Shown here in pieces: positions 31,006 to 39,448 of a DNA stretch of 64,000 nt. The position numbers were made by a program, and so were the translations under genes. A model generated the notes under the pieces. It searched no databases and was not told the DNA's origin. It saw only the letters and a list, made by a program, of their open reading frames with translations. Position 1 is the stretch's first letter; the number at the start of each line of letters is the position of its first letter. This DNA comes from an uncultured Candidatus Saccharibacteria bacterium (GTDB taxonomy: Bacteria > Patescibacteriota > Saccharimonadia > UBA4664 > CAZJNH01): the NCBI GenBank assembly GCA_964547425.1, contig CAZJNH010000004.1:7226-71225 (forward strand), in the 5' to 3' direction.

Positions 31006-31950
31006 TCACCCGCGTTTTATCAGATTGGAAGCCGCTGCCGCCCGCGGCAAAGCAACTGCCACTCTATCATAGCGGACTTCGAGTGACAACCGTCCGGCGA
31101 CGTCCCTTTTAATGCCCGTCCGCCCGGTTTTGGCCGACAGCGCCAGTTCCGTTAACTGCTTCCTGGTTAACTGCAAACCGGGTTCAAGCTGCCGGATCGC
31201 GGTTAAAAGCAATTCGGCGATGACCGCCAAGGACTGCTCGCGCATCCAGCCACGCGCGAAGCTAACACCTCCGGGAATCGGTTTGATCAGCTCCTCAAGC
31301 TGGCGGTCCAGTTCCTTACTGATTACGGCGGATAATCGCGCGGATTCTCGGTAGGATTGGAGTAGTTCGGGGAGCGCCCGTTCGGCAAAGATTAGTAGTT
31401 CCCGGCGTATGAAGTTGCGGCTGATATCGAGGTTTGAGTTAGTGCTGTCTTCACGCCAGGGCAAACTCTGGGCGGCGGCATAATCGGCGATTTCAGCTTT
31501 GGTTACTTCCCTAAAGGGCCGATAAATTCCTGGCCGGTCCGTAGCCGATAAGCGGCCCCGGCGATCGGTTCCCCTGGCCAGGTTGAACCACCCGGTTTCG
31601 AGCCGGTCATCGGAGTGATGAGCGGTGATAACTCCCGCAGCGCCGGTCTGGGCGGCCACACTATAAAGGAAGTCGTACCGTTGGCCGCGAGCAGCCGCTT
31701 CGCTATCGATAGTAGAGTTAGGTTTGCCCAAATAGGTTGGTAGACCCAGAATTGTCGCCAGCGACTCAACAGCTTCGGCATCCAGTTGCGAATCGGCTCG
31801 CCAGCCATGGTCAAAGTGGGCCACAACCAAATCGAGATCCCGCCGTTTGGCGAGGATATCAAGCAGAGAAATCGAATCTACTCCGCCAGAGACAGCCACG
31901 ACGTACTTCCCGGCCGGCGGGTATTTAACACGAGTCAAAAGCATAACCAT
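31006..31950 (-). CDS. tilS: tRNA(Ile)-lysidine synthetase
   Basis: AVSGGVDS, EAAAR, TAHHSDD, EDSTN, RNFIR. Confidence 0.95.
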   Translation of the reverse strand: MVMLLTRVKYPPAGKYVVAVSGGVDSISLLDILAKRRDLDLVVAHFDHGWRADSQLDAEAVESLATILGLPTYLGKPNSTIDSEAAARGQRYDFLYSVAAQTGAAGVITAHHSDDRLETGWFNLARGTDRRGRLSATDRPGIYRPFREVTKAEIADYAAAQSLPWREDSTNSNLDISRNFIRRELLIFAERALPELLQSYRESARLSAVISKELDRQLEELIKPIPGGVSFARGWMREQSLAVIAELLLTAIRQLEPGLQLTRKQLTELALSAKTGRTGIKRDVAGRLSLEVRYDRVAVALPRAAAASNLIKRG

Positions 31951-32006
31951 ATTTTACCAGTAAAAGGTTCGGTCCCGTCGCCTTGTGGGCAACGGGACCG
32001 ATCGAT

Positions 32007-32465
32007 CTACAGCACCGCGCTGACGGCCAGCGCCTCGTACGGCGTCAGGAATTCCCCTACGGCCTCAAGATCACGCTCGATCACTTTGAACTCCGGTGCG
32101 GTGATCAGTACGAAGATCTTGTCGTGGATCCGCTCGGCGTTGTGAATCTTGATTCGCTTCGCGGAAAGGTGGCCGTTCCTGGAGAGCGTCAGCTCAACGT
32201 ACTGTTGAGGCCAATACTCTGAGGGTGTTACCGGGAAGTCCGGGCAGATGCCGTACTCGACTTCTTTCCCATCCTCGTCCTCGAACTGAGTTGGAAAGAA
32301 GAGATTCTCGTAGTCATGCTTGGCATGTACGAGATTCAACGCCGCATCAAGCACCTGCTCGCTTTCGTTTAGTGCGTTACGAGGATTGAGCGGCGGTCGG
32401 GGTGTAAAGCGTGGGTCCCATCGCGCAGCTGCTATTTCGGCTGGCGTAAGGCGTCGGATTCCCAA
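32007..32465 (-). CDS. Hypothetical protein
   Basis: 152-aa ORF with AAGGAGG SD before TTG. Confidence 0.65.
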   Translation of the reverse strand: MGIRRLTPAEIAAARWDPRFTPRPPLNPRNALNESEQVLDAALNLVHAKHDYENLFFPTQFEDEDGKEVEYGICPDFPVTPSEYWPQQYVELTLSRNGHLSAKRIKIHNAERIHDKIFVLITAPEFKVIERDLEAVGEFLTPYEALAVSAVL

Positions 32466-32471
32466 GTAGTT

Positions 32472-32618
32472 CCTCCTTGCCGGGTATCAAAAAACCGCTT
32501 CCCTAGAAAGCGGCCGGTGCTGGGGTGCATGGCAAACCGAGAGCGAAGTTAATCACTATTCGGCTTGTCACTGACACCTCATGACCTAATTATGATGGCA
32601 GCATAAGCGGTATGTCAA
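32472..32618 (-). promoter_or_regulatory. Promoter, 4-codon uORF, long hairpin and terminator (attenuator or sRNA)
   Basis: TTGACA-18-CATAAT; uORF MRCQ 32582-32568; terminator stem plus U6 at 32489-32513. Confidence 0.55.
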
Positions 32619-32626
32619 TTTTGTTA

Positions 32627-33080
32627 AAAAAGAAACCGCCCGCCTTCGTACTCATGTTCGGGTTTCCCCGATCACAAGCCTCCGGCGGGCGGGTTCAGAA
32701 GGAGCAGAAACTGGATGGACCTGACGGACCGAGATCACAGATCGAGATTCGTCCTTTCGGACAGCCTCTGTAGCCGCAACACGGACCGCCTGGACTTTGT
32801 TTAGCGCTACCTTACGGTGCATTCCCTTGTGAGGTTTGCTCTTTGGGGCAGCCTGTGGTCTTACCTTTCCCCGTTATCTTAGCGACCGAAGTCACCTTGC
32901 CGGTTCCAGTTATCCCACACTCTCCTGAGCTTTCGCTCCCTCCAGGCTATCCTCGTTGAGCCTTAGCTTCCGACGAATCGGCTTAGCGTTGGCTCGAGGT
33001 CCAGCTCCTTCTCCTTCTGAAGTCTCGTAAGCAACGGTGCCAGCTTCAGCCCGGAGGCTAAAGCAGGCATCGCTGCCTAC
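32627..33080 (-). ncRNA. Large structured non-coding RNA of unknown class
   Basis: ~21-bp closing helix (33000-33021 with 32694-32715), several GNRA/UNCG hairpins, G-U pairs valid only on minus strand, terminator at 32627-32692. Confidence 0.75.
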
Positions 33081-33226
33081 AAAACTGGTGTAAATTGCAA
33101 AGAACGTAAGCGATAGGATATCAAAACGCCAATGGCGCGCTATCGTCAGGACCTTCAAAAATCCAGCCTAAAACGCTTATTTTTTTATGTAAATTTTTAA
33201 AGCTTACGCTTACTCACTCAACAAAA

Positions 33227-33301
33227 TGGTGGCTGTGGGTGGATTTGAACCACCGACCAACGGCTTATGAGTCCGCTGCTCTACCACTGAGCTACACAGC
33301 C
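33227..33301 (-). tRNA. tRNA with CAT anticodon, probably elongator tRNA-Met
   Basis: GGCTGTGTAGCTCAGTGGTAGAGCA..CTCATAA..GGTTCAAATCC..CCA; Met versus Ile2 is inferred. Confidence 0.92.
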
Positions 33302-33305
33302 GCAC

Positions 33306-33467
33306 TGGCGGTCGGGTTGGATGGTGGCTCCGCCACCTCCCTGCGGTGCTCGGTAAGAACTAATCAATCTTACTTCTTACCTGCGCTCCTCGTCCACCGA
33401 ACCTGCGGTTCTTCATCCAACCAATCACTAAACAAGGCCCACATCCGGATTAACCGGCTGCGGGCCT
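33306..33467. repeat. tRNA-linked palindromic element with direct and inverted copies of the tRNA-fMet T arm
   Basis: GGGTTGGAT at 33314-33322; GGTTCTTCATCCAACC at 33407-33422; nested hairpins. Confidence 0.6.
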
Positions 33468-33542
33468 TGGTAGCGGGGGTTGGATTCGAACCAACGACCT
33501 CCGGGTTATGAGCCCGACGAGCTGCCACTGCTCTACCCCGCG
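33468..33542 (-). tRNA. Initiator tRNA-fMet(CAT)
   Basis: C1:A72 mismatch, GGG/CCC anticodon stem, CCA end. Confidence 0.96.
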
Positions 33543-33587
33543 GCACAACATAGCAATATAGCACTTTATATCTGGAGGGTCAACGCG

Positions 33588-33968
33588 TCAGCCAAAGAGG
33601 AAGTGCCACCACTGTACCCAGTTAGCCGTTTTGGAGGTTTTTGTTTTAGCGGCCTCGGCTGGCGTTTGAGTGGCGGAGATTTTATCCCTCGGCAATATAA
33701 CTAGGGTTTCGCCGGGTTTTTGCAAGCCCAGTTTAGCCCTGGCAGCCTTTTCTTTATAGGCGTCGGTTTTGTAATACTCAATCTGATAGCCCAGCTCGGC
33801 GTTGTCTTCCTTTAGCTGGGAGACATCTCTTTGTAATTGCCCAATCTGCCCCTGAAGACTGGCGTTGTTGCGCACGGTCTGGACTAAAATGATTGCTAAG
33901 TAGATCGAAGATATTACTCCAGCTAAGCTAACAAACTTGTTGACCACGCTCTGATTTGGTTTCACCAC
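33588..33968 (-). CDS. Septum formation initiator (FtsB/DivIC family)
   Basis: TM, coiled coil, EKAARAKLGLQKPGE. Confidence 0.88.
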   Translation of the reverse strand: MVKPNQSVVNKFVSLAGVISSIYLAIILVQTVRNNASLQGQIGQLQRDVSQLKEDNAELGYQIEYYKTDAYKEKAARAKLGLQKPGETLVILPRDKISATQTPAEAAKTKTSKTANWVQWWHFLFG

Positions 33969-34037
33969 TTAATTCTAACTTAAAACCATAAGCTTCTATA
34001 TTAAAGAAGTTGTTTGCTAAACTTAAGCCACCGCTGT

Positions 34038-34113
34038 GGGCCGGTAGCTCAGCGGTTAGAGCAGCGGGCTCATAACCTGTTGGTCGTAGGTTCGAATCCT
34101 ACCCGGCCCACCA
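34038..34113 (+). tRNA. tRNA with CAT anticodon, probably tRNA-Ile2 (TilS substrate)
   Basis: GGGCCGGTAGCTCAGCGGTTAGAGCA..CTCATAA..GGTCGTAGGTTCGAATCCTAC..CCA; Ile2-like acceptor and T arm. Confidence 0.92.
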
Positions 34114-34285
34114 TTTTCCATCAGATTGCACAACGATTTGGCAATTATCTCTCGGTTACCGTTCCGCTTATGCTTAATTAAATCTATCTCTTGAAGGGCC
34201 AAGCGTATCTGTCTGACATACATCACGATGCGCTCGCCGGCGAGGTTGGTTAAGTTAGACGCCTCATTAACATTTGGGAGGCGGT

Positions 34286-34588
34286 ATGGCTCAAGACGGC
34301 CAAACCAAAGGCCCAGGCCGCGGATGGCACAAAGACCCGGAAGGGCACGCCCGAGCCGGTAAACTGGGTGGTGAAAAAGTCCTCGAGGAGCGAGGCAATG
34401 AATTCTATGCCGAGATCGGCCAGCAAGGCGGCTCGGTCAGCCCAGGTAACTTCAAAAACGACCCGGAAAGAGCTAGCGAAGCTGGTAAGAAAGGTGGCCA
34501 AAATAGCCACGGCAGCGCAAATCAGACCAGTATCGAAAGCCGCGAGCAGGATCAGTTTTACGAAGAGCTCAACCGTAGCCTGGAGTAA
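34286..34588 (+). CDS. KGG-repeat general stress protein (GsiB/YciG-like)
   Basis: AGKLGG, EFYAEIGQQGG, NFKNDPERASEAGKKGG; GGAGG SD. Confidence 0.88.
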   Translation: MAQDGQTKGPGRGWHKDPEGHARAGKLGGEKVLEERGNEFYAEIGQQGGSVSPGNFKNDPERASEAGKKGGQNSHGSANQTSIESREQDQFYEELNRSLE

Positions 34589-34622
34589 AAAGAAAAGCCC
34601 CCGGTGTGGGGGTTTTTCTTTT
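34587..34622. terminator. Bidirectional terminator
   Basis: AAAAAGAAAAGCCCCC..GGGGGTTTTTCTTTT between convergent genes. Confidence 0.75.
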
Positions 34623-34633
34623 ATCGGTGTTTT

Positions 34634-34831
34634 TTAGCCTTTTTTGAGGATCGGCAGGCCGGTGCGGGAGTTTTCGATCACCTTGTAGCCGTCAGGCAGT
34701 TCATCCATGGCGCCGGGGCGAACGTCGCGGGCGAAGAAGTAAATCCGCTGTTGGCGGCCGCCCTTTAGGGTTACGTCCTTCATGTGAAGGTTGTAGGTCT
34801 GACCTTTTGAGTTGGTGTGCTGAAAAGCCAT
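34634..34831 (-). CDS. Small hypothetical protein
   Basis: HTNSKGQTY..IYFFA..LPDGY..NSRTGLPILKK; AAGGA SD. Confidence 0.8.
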   Translation of the reverse strand: MAFQHTNSKGQTYNLHMKDVTLKGGRQQRIYFFARDVRPGAMDELPDGYKVIENSRTGLPILKKG

Positions 34832-34901
34832 TGTTATTCCTTATTTACTTGATATACCCAGATTAAGCTAAGCTCAACAGGTTTGTCAATCTGTAAAAAC
34901 T

Positions 34902-35516
34902 CTAATTTTGCGGCGTATTTTGCGCCTGTTTTAGCTGCTCAACCAATTCCGTCGAGTTAAACGCCACTCTATAAAGGATAAAACACAGTGCCATATCAAG
35001 CGCGCCCAGAAGAACCGGGATCACCAAAGTCACTAGTGCTATGCCCTTCCCTGAGCTTAAGGTCTGATGAAAACTCCGCAAAAGCATCGGTACCAGCCAC
35101 CAGCGGTTTAAGCCTAATAGGACGAGCAGCAAGATTAAAAAACCGCTTTTGAGCAGAGGCGCGGTCAGCCGGTCAAACAAAGAGCCTTTGTTGGCGTACT
35201 CCGACTCAACGACGATTTCATTGCGGGCTTCGATGACGGCGTTAATAATCGCCCAAACGATGGTGTAGGCGATCAAACCCACTCCGCTCCAAAAAATCAC
35301 GATCACGGCTGTGCTGGCGACCGGAATCCTTGTTAAACCCCCAAGAATACCGAGGTAATCGCCGCTTTGGACATCCGATGATATCATCGCCCCTGAGACC
35401 CGGTAGATCACCAGCGCAATGTTGATACCGGTAAACACAAACAGGCTGACTAATAGATAAGTAATCGCTTCCAGCGGACTAGGTAGGACAAGCGATCGCC
35501 AGGAGGTTCTAACCAT
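34902..35516 (-). CDS. Membrane protein of unknown function
   Basis: 4 TM segments. Confidence 0.75.
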   Translation of the reverse strand: MVRTSWRSLVLPSPLEAITYLLVSLFVFTGINIALVIYRVSGAMISSDVQSGDYLGILGGLTRIPVASTAVIVIFWSGVGLIAYTIVWAIINAVIEARNEIVVESEYANKGSLFDRLTAPLLKSGFLILLLVLLGLNRWWLVPMLLRSFHQTLSSGKGIALVTLVIPVLLGALDMALCFILYRVAFNSTELVEQLKQAQNTPQN

Positions 35517-35542
35517 AAGTAGAGTATATATGAAGGCCGGTT

Positions 35543-35863
35543 TTAATGCCTACGGCGACCGTGACGGATGAGATATAGGAGGATGGAAAATCCGGCGCCG
35601 TAAAGAGCACTGAAAACGATTAAGCCGACCGCGACCCCGGGGTTGAAGTTGGTAAACAAAGTATGGAAGGGCGCCAGCGCGAAGGAAATTTTTTCGTCCC
35701 CCATCACCTTTGGGCTGCCCAGAACCGTGACCAGCAGGTTGAAATTAAACAGCCAAAGTATCAGCCATAGCACCGACAGCGCAAGTAGCGTCGCCAGTAC
35801 GGAGTAAGACGGGATGAAGATGATGTGAAATGCGGTAGTTAAACGAGACTTAAAAGAGCTCAT
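35543..35863 (-). CDS. Small membrane protein
   Basis: 2 TM; start overlaps stop of the DsbA-like gene. Confidence 0.7.
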   Translation of the reverse strand: MSSFKSRLTTAFHIIFIPSYSVLATLLALSVLWLILWLFNFNLLVTVLGSPKVMGDEKISFALAPFHTLFTNFNPGVAVGLIVFSALYGAGFSILLYLIRHGRRRH

Positions 35864-36516
35864 AGCTGCGCCTCGATGGCCGGTTTCACGACCGAATAAG
35901 GCTGTAAGCCCTGAACCGCCTGCCCGCCGATCTCGAAGATGGTTAAGCCAAAGCCGGCTCGGGCGGCATCGTTAACTTCATCACCAACGATCCCTTTGTA
36001 CTGCCCGCTATCCAGGCATTTGTCGAACTGCGGTTGGTTGATTAATTCATAAGAGCTGGCGGCCAGGCGCTTGAGGTGACTGGCATCCAACGCGCCTATA
36101 TTGCGTCCTGTTAGACCACGAGACCAGAAGTTATTGTTCATATAGATTAAGGTCGCGTCAAAAAACTGCGGGAAAAAGCCTTGATCGTTGGCACAGCGAG
36201 TAGCTTGGGCCGCCTGCAGCGACTCTGGTCCGAGGCTTGGGTCATTTACCCAGTCGATTTTGACCTGGCCGGCATAGTCGCGGCGGACATCGGCCAGAAC
36301 CGAAGCATAGAAGCGGCTGCACTTGGAGCACTGAAAATCACCATAGACCCGAACCGTTAGTTTTGCCTCGGGCAGGCCAATGATAAGGGCTGGGTGCGAC
36401 GTAGGCGGAGTCATATCATCCATGATCGGAGGGGCAGGTTTTGAAGAGCCGCCGACCTTTATGATCAAGGCTGCTAAGCCGAGCACCATGCCAATTATCA
36501 GTAAATACTTTTGCAC
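35860..36516 (-). CDS. DsbA/thioredoxin-fold protein
   Basis: YGDFQCSKC (CxxC), G.QPY, N-terminal TM. Confidence 0.88.
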   Translation of the reverse strand: MQKYLLIIGMVLGLAALIIKVGGSSKPAPPIMDDMTPPTSHPALIIGLPEAKLTVRVYGDFQCSKCSRFYASVLADVRRDYAGQVKIDWVNDPSLGPESLQAAQATRCANDQGFFPQFFDATLIYMNNNFWSRGLTGRNIGALDASHLKRLAASSYELINQPQFDKCLDSGQYKGIVGDEVNDAARAGFGLTIFEIGGQAVQGLQPYSVVKPAIEAQL

Positions 36517-36587
36517 CGCCCAATTTTAACAGGTGAAGCGACTAAGCTATAATGCCTATAAACATTATGTTAAGGAGGGCGCGAAAA

Positions 36588-36716
36588 ATGGCATACGGTA
36601 AAAAATCCAAGAAGTTTTGGATAGTGGTTTATTTGATTGCCGCTGTAGTTATTTATGGAGCAATTTATTACTTCATCAAGCATCACGGTGGCAGTACCGG
36701 CGGTAGCCTCTACTAA
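36588..36716 (+). CDS. 42-aa single-TM protein (not in ORF track)
   Basis: MAYGKKSKKFWIVVYLIAAVVIYGAIYYFIKHHGGSTGGSLY; AAGGAGG SD and upstream TATAAT. Confidence 0.75.
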   Translation: MAYGKKSKKFWIVVYLIAAVVIYGAIYYFIKHHGGSTGGSLY

Positions 36717-36720
36717 GTTC

Positions 36721-37398
36721 CTAGGGCCAGTTATAGCCTGGGAAGTAATCTGTCTTAATGTCCCGTTCTGGGACATTAAGCTTTTTCAGGGTAGTTTCGA
36801 AGCCTTCAACCATCGGTTCGGGGCCGGAGATCCAAAAGGTTGGATGGTCGGGCAGGAATTCTTTTAGTAACGCTTCGTCGATCCGCTGAGGCTCAACCAG
36901 ATAACGGGTCCGAAACTCCGGATGGCGCCCCGCCATTTCCTCCAGCTCAGTTTGAAACACAAACTCGTCGGTGCGGTTGCCGTAGAGCAAGCTGACATTC
37001 AGCGGCTGGCCGTCATGGTCGAGCTGTTTGAGGATCGACCGGTAAGGTGTAATCCCAATGCCGCCGGCGATAAAGACATGCTGCTTGGTTGGGTCATCCA
37101 TTATAAAATCACCGCCGGTTTTGATTGCCTCGATACTCTGCCCCGGCTGCAGGCCATCTAACGCGTGCTTAAAAGTCGATCCCTTCGGACTCAGCCGAGT
37201 AGTAATCCGAGTCGCCCCCTCAAACGGCGCGGCCGAAATAGTGAAAAACCGCCGGTCCTTGCGGTCATCCGGATGCTCATGGGGTAGCACGTAAATACAG
37301 TACTGGCCGGCCTGCCAAACCAGTTCCGGATTGGGTTTAAAGAAAAACGAAGTGGCGTCTCCAGCTTCCGGCGATTTATGGTCGAGGATGAGCTGCAT
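36721..37398 (-). CDS. FNR-like FAD/NAD(P)-binding oxidoreductase
   Basis: AGQY, RFFTISAAP, IAGGIGITP, SGPEPMV. Confidence 0.9.
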   Translation of the reverse strand: MQLILDHKSPEAGDATSFFFKPNPELVWQAGQYCIYVLPHEHPDDRKDRRFFTISAAPFEGATRITTRLSPKGSTFKHALDGLQPGQSIEAIKTGGDFIMDDPTKQHVFIAGGIGITPYRSILKQLDHDGQPLNVSLLYGNRTDEFVFQTELEEMAGRHPEFRTRYLVEPQRIDEALLKEFLPDHPTFWISGPEPMVEGFETTLKKLNVPERDIKTDYFPGYNWP

Positions 37399-37815
37399 TT
37401 ATTGGACTACGATGGTTCCCATAATCCCGGAGTCCAGGTGGTCGTGGTAACCCCAGCTGCCCTTTTTGACGAAGGTAAAGCTGTAGCTCTCCCCTTTACC
37501 AAGGCCCTTACCGGCATCAAACCCAGGCAAGTCGGTGTGGGTCGGGTGAGGATTTGAAGCCGGCCAAACTGGCGTGTCACTGTTGTTGGTAAAGGTTACC
37601 GTAGTACCTGACTTAACGGTTAGGGTGGATGGTGAAAACGAACTGCCGTCGAAGGTTACAGTGTTACCGTGCGCGGCCGGAGTGGCGGCGGTAGGAGTAG
37701 TGGTAGAAGATGCCGGAGTTGCCTGAGGTGTGGCGGTCTTTGTCCGATGAGTTGCCCACCAAGCGCCTCCGCCCAGAACTGCCAGTACGATGATCGTAAT
37801 TACTGCTTTTTTCAT
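37399..37815 (-). CDS. Membrane-anchored cupredoxin-fold protein
   Basis: FSPSTLTVKSGTTVTFTN, HPTHT, YHDHL..MGTIVV. Confidence 0.85.
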   Translation of the reverse strand: MKKAVITIIVLAVLGGGAWWATHRTKTATPQATPASSTTTPTAATPAAHGNTVTFDGSSFSPSTLTVKSGTTVTFTNNSDTPVWPASNPHPTHTDLPGFDAGKGLGKGESYSFTFVKKGSWGYHDHLDSGIMGTIVVQ

Positions 37816-37833
37816 TCTAAGTTCCTCCTTAAT

Positions 37834-38625
37834 TTAGTCTGTCTGGCGAAAAGCTAAGGTTGAAAGCCCGATCAGAACGAGCGCGAAACCGATCGTTACC
37901 AGAAGATCTAACCCAAGACCGGAGTGGCTGCCGACCCTCAGATAAAGCTGGCTGGCTTGAGGCGGCAGATTCGAGGTCGAAAATACGACCCGGCGCAGTA
38001 TGTCGACGGCGTAGGAAACCGGATTAACCTTGGAGGCAATATCGAGCCAGCGCGGCAAATTGATTAACGGGAAGACGGCGCCGGACAGGAATATCAGCGG
38101 AAAGGTGATGAACTGGAAGATGTACTGGCCGGAGTCGATCGAGCGCAGCCGGGCAACTATCGTTACACCTAGCGCCGATAGGGCCAAGGCCATCAAAAAC
38201 ATCGCCGGAATCAGCTCAACTACCAGCCTGACACTTAGGTGGATACCGACTAGCGGTGCGAAGATGAGAATAGTTAGAGCCTGGATACAGGCAGTAGTCG
38301 CGCCGCCAAGCACCTTACCGACCGCGATGGCTGTTCGGGGAATCGGCGCTACCAAAATTTCTTTTAGGAAGCCAAACTCCCGGTCCTGCAGGATCGACAC
38401 AGCGGCAAACGACGCCACGAAAATCAAGTTCTGGGCGATTATGCCCGGAAAAAGGAATTGGACAAATTTGATGCCTGGGATCGGCAAAGCCAGTGAAGAC
38501 GAAATACCATTACCGAAAATCAACAGCCAGAGGATTGGGAACGACAGGCCGGAAACGACGCGGATTTTGTTGCGCCAAAAACGCAGAATGTCACGGTACC
38601 AGATAATGAATATGCCTTTAATCAT
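37834..38625 (-). CDS. ABC-2 type exporter permease
   Basis: DREFGFLKEILVAP, FLSGAVFP, NPVSYAVD. Confidence 0.92.
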   Translation of the reverse strand: MIKGIFIIWYRDILRFWRNKIRVVSGLSFPILWLLIFGNGISSSLALPIPGIKFVQFLFPGIIAQNLIFVASFAAVSILQDREFGFLKEILVAPIPRTAIAVGKVLGGATTACIQALTILIFAPLVGIHLSVRLVVELIPAMFLMALALSALGVTIVARLRSIDSGQYIFQFITFPLIFLSGAVFPLINLPRWLDIASKVNPVSYAVDILRRVVFSTSNLPPQASQLYLRVGSHSGLGLDLLVTIGFALVLIGLSTLAFRQTD

Positions 38626-39425
38626 CGCCTGAACATCCCTCCGCCGGTTTTATAGTCGGCCTTAGCTTGGTCGGAATGGGCCAACTCTTCGTCACGGATG
38701 CCGTGGCCGGTTGATTTGATAAATACTTCATCCATACTCTTGGCTTTAAAGTGCTGTTTTAATTTCGCCGGGCTGGCTAGCGCCACCAGCTCACCTTGAT
38801 CGATGATGGCAATACGGTCGCAGTTATCGGTTTCAGGCAAATAATGGGTGGTAGCAAAAATCGTAATTTGTTCTTTGTCCCGCAGAGCTTTGAGGTACTC
38901 CCAGATCGAATTGCGGGTTTGGGGGTCGAGCCCGATCGTCGGCTCGTCGAGGAACAATACTTTCGGATGATGAAGCAAGCCGCGGGCGATCTCGAGGCGC
39001 CGTTTCATTCCGCCCGAAAAAGTTTTGACGGCTTTGTTGGCACGGTCGGACAACTCTACAAACTCCAACAGCTCCGTCGCCCGGCTTTTGAAAACTTGTT
39101 TGGGAACGTTGTACATCTTGGCGTGGAAGTATAGGTTCTCCCAGGCGGTCAGTTCGACGTCGAGCGCCGGATCCTGGAAAATAATGCCGATTGAGGAGCG
39201 CACTTCGCTTTGCTCGTGAACTACGTCGTGGCCGTTGACCTTGGCCTCCCCGCCGGTCGGGTGGAGCAAGGTACAAAGCATACTGATGGTCGTGGTTTTA
39301 CCGGCACCGTTGGGACCGACGAAACCAAAGATCTCGCCCTTTTTGACGGCGAAGGTTACGCCCTTAACGGCTTGGAAGCCCTTATATTCCTTGGTCAGAT
39401 TTTTGACTTCGATGGTGTTTGCCAT
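38622..39425 (-). CDS. ABC exporter ATP-binding protein (DrrA-like)
   Basis: GPNGAGKTT, FSGGMKRR, LFLDEPT. Confidence 0.95.
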   Translation of the reverse strand: MANTIEVKNLTKEYKGFQAVKGVTFAVKKGEIFGFVGPNGAGKTTTISMLCTLLHPTGGEAKVNGHDVVHEQSEVRSSIGIIFQDPALDVELTAWENLYFHAKMYNVPKQVFKSRATELLEFVELSDRANKAVKTFSGGMKRRLEIARGLLHHPKVLFLDEPTIGLDPQTRNSIWEYLKALRDKEQITIFATTHYLPETDNCDRIAIIDQGELVALASPAKLKQHFKAKSMDEVFIKSTGHGIRDEELAHSDQAKADYKTGGGMFRR

Positions 39426-39448
39426 GAATTGTCAGTATACCAAACCGT

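Noticed and set aside
32531-32570. c-di-GMP-I riboswitch (GGCAAACC on plus strand)
   Set aside because: The GAAA loop and GACGCAAA elements are absent, and it is on the wrong strand for the downstream gene.
32694-33021. Calling the structured RNA rnpB, SRP RNA, tmRNA or 6S
   Set aside because: Exact conserved motifs are missing; GUCAGGUCC is not followed by the SRP GGAAGGAAGCAGC; there are no tRNA-like ends; it is too long and branched for 6S. Left unassigned.
32910-33564. ORF-track ORFs 32910-33158, 33239-33511 and 33370-33564
   Set aside because: They overlap tRNAs or the structured RNA and have no protein-like features.
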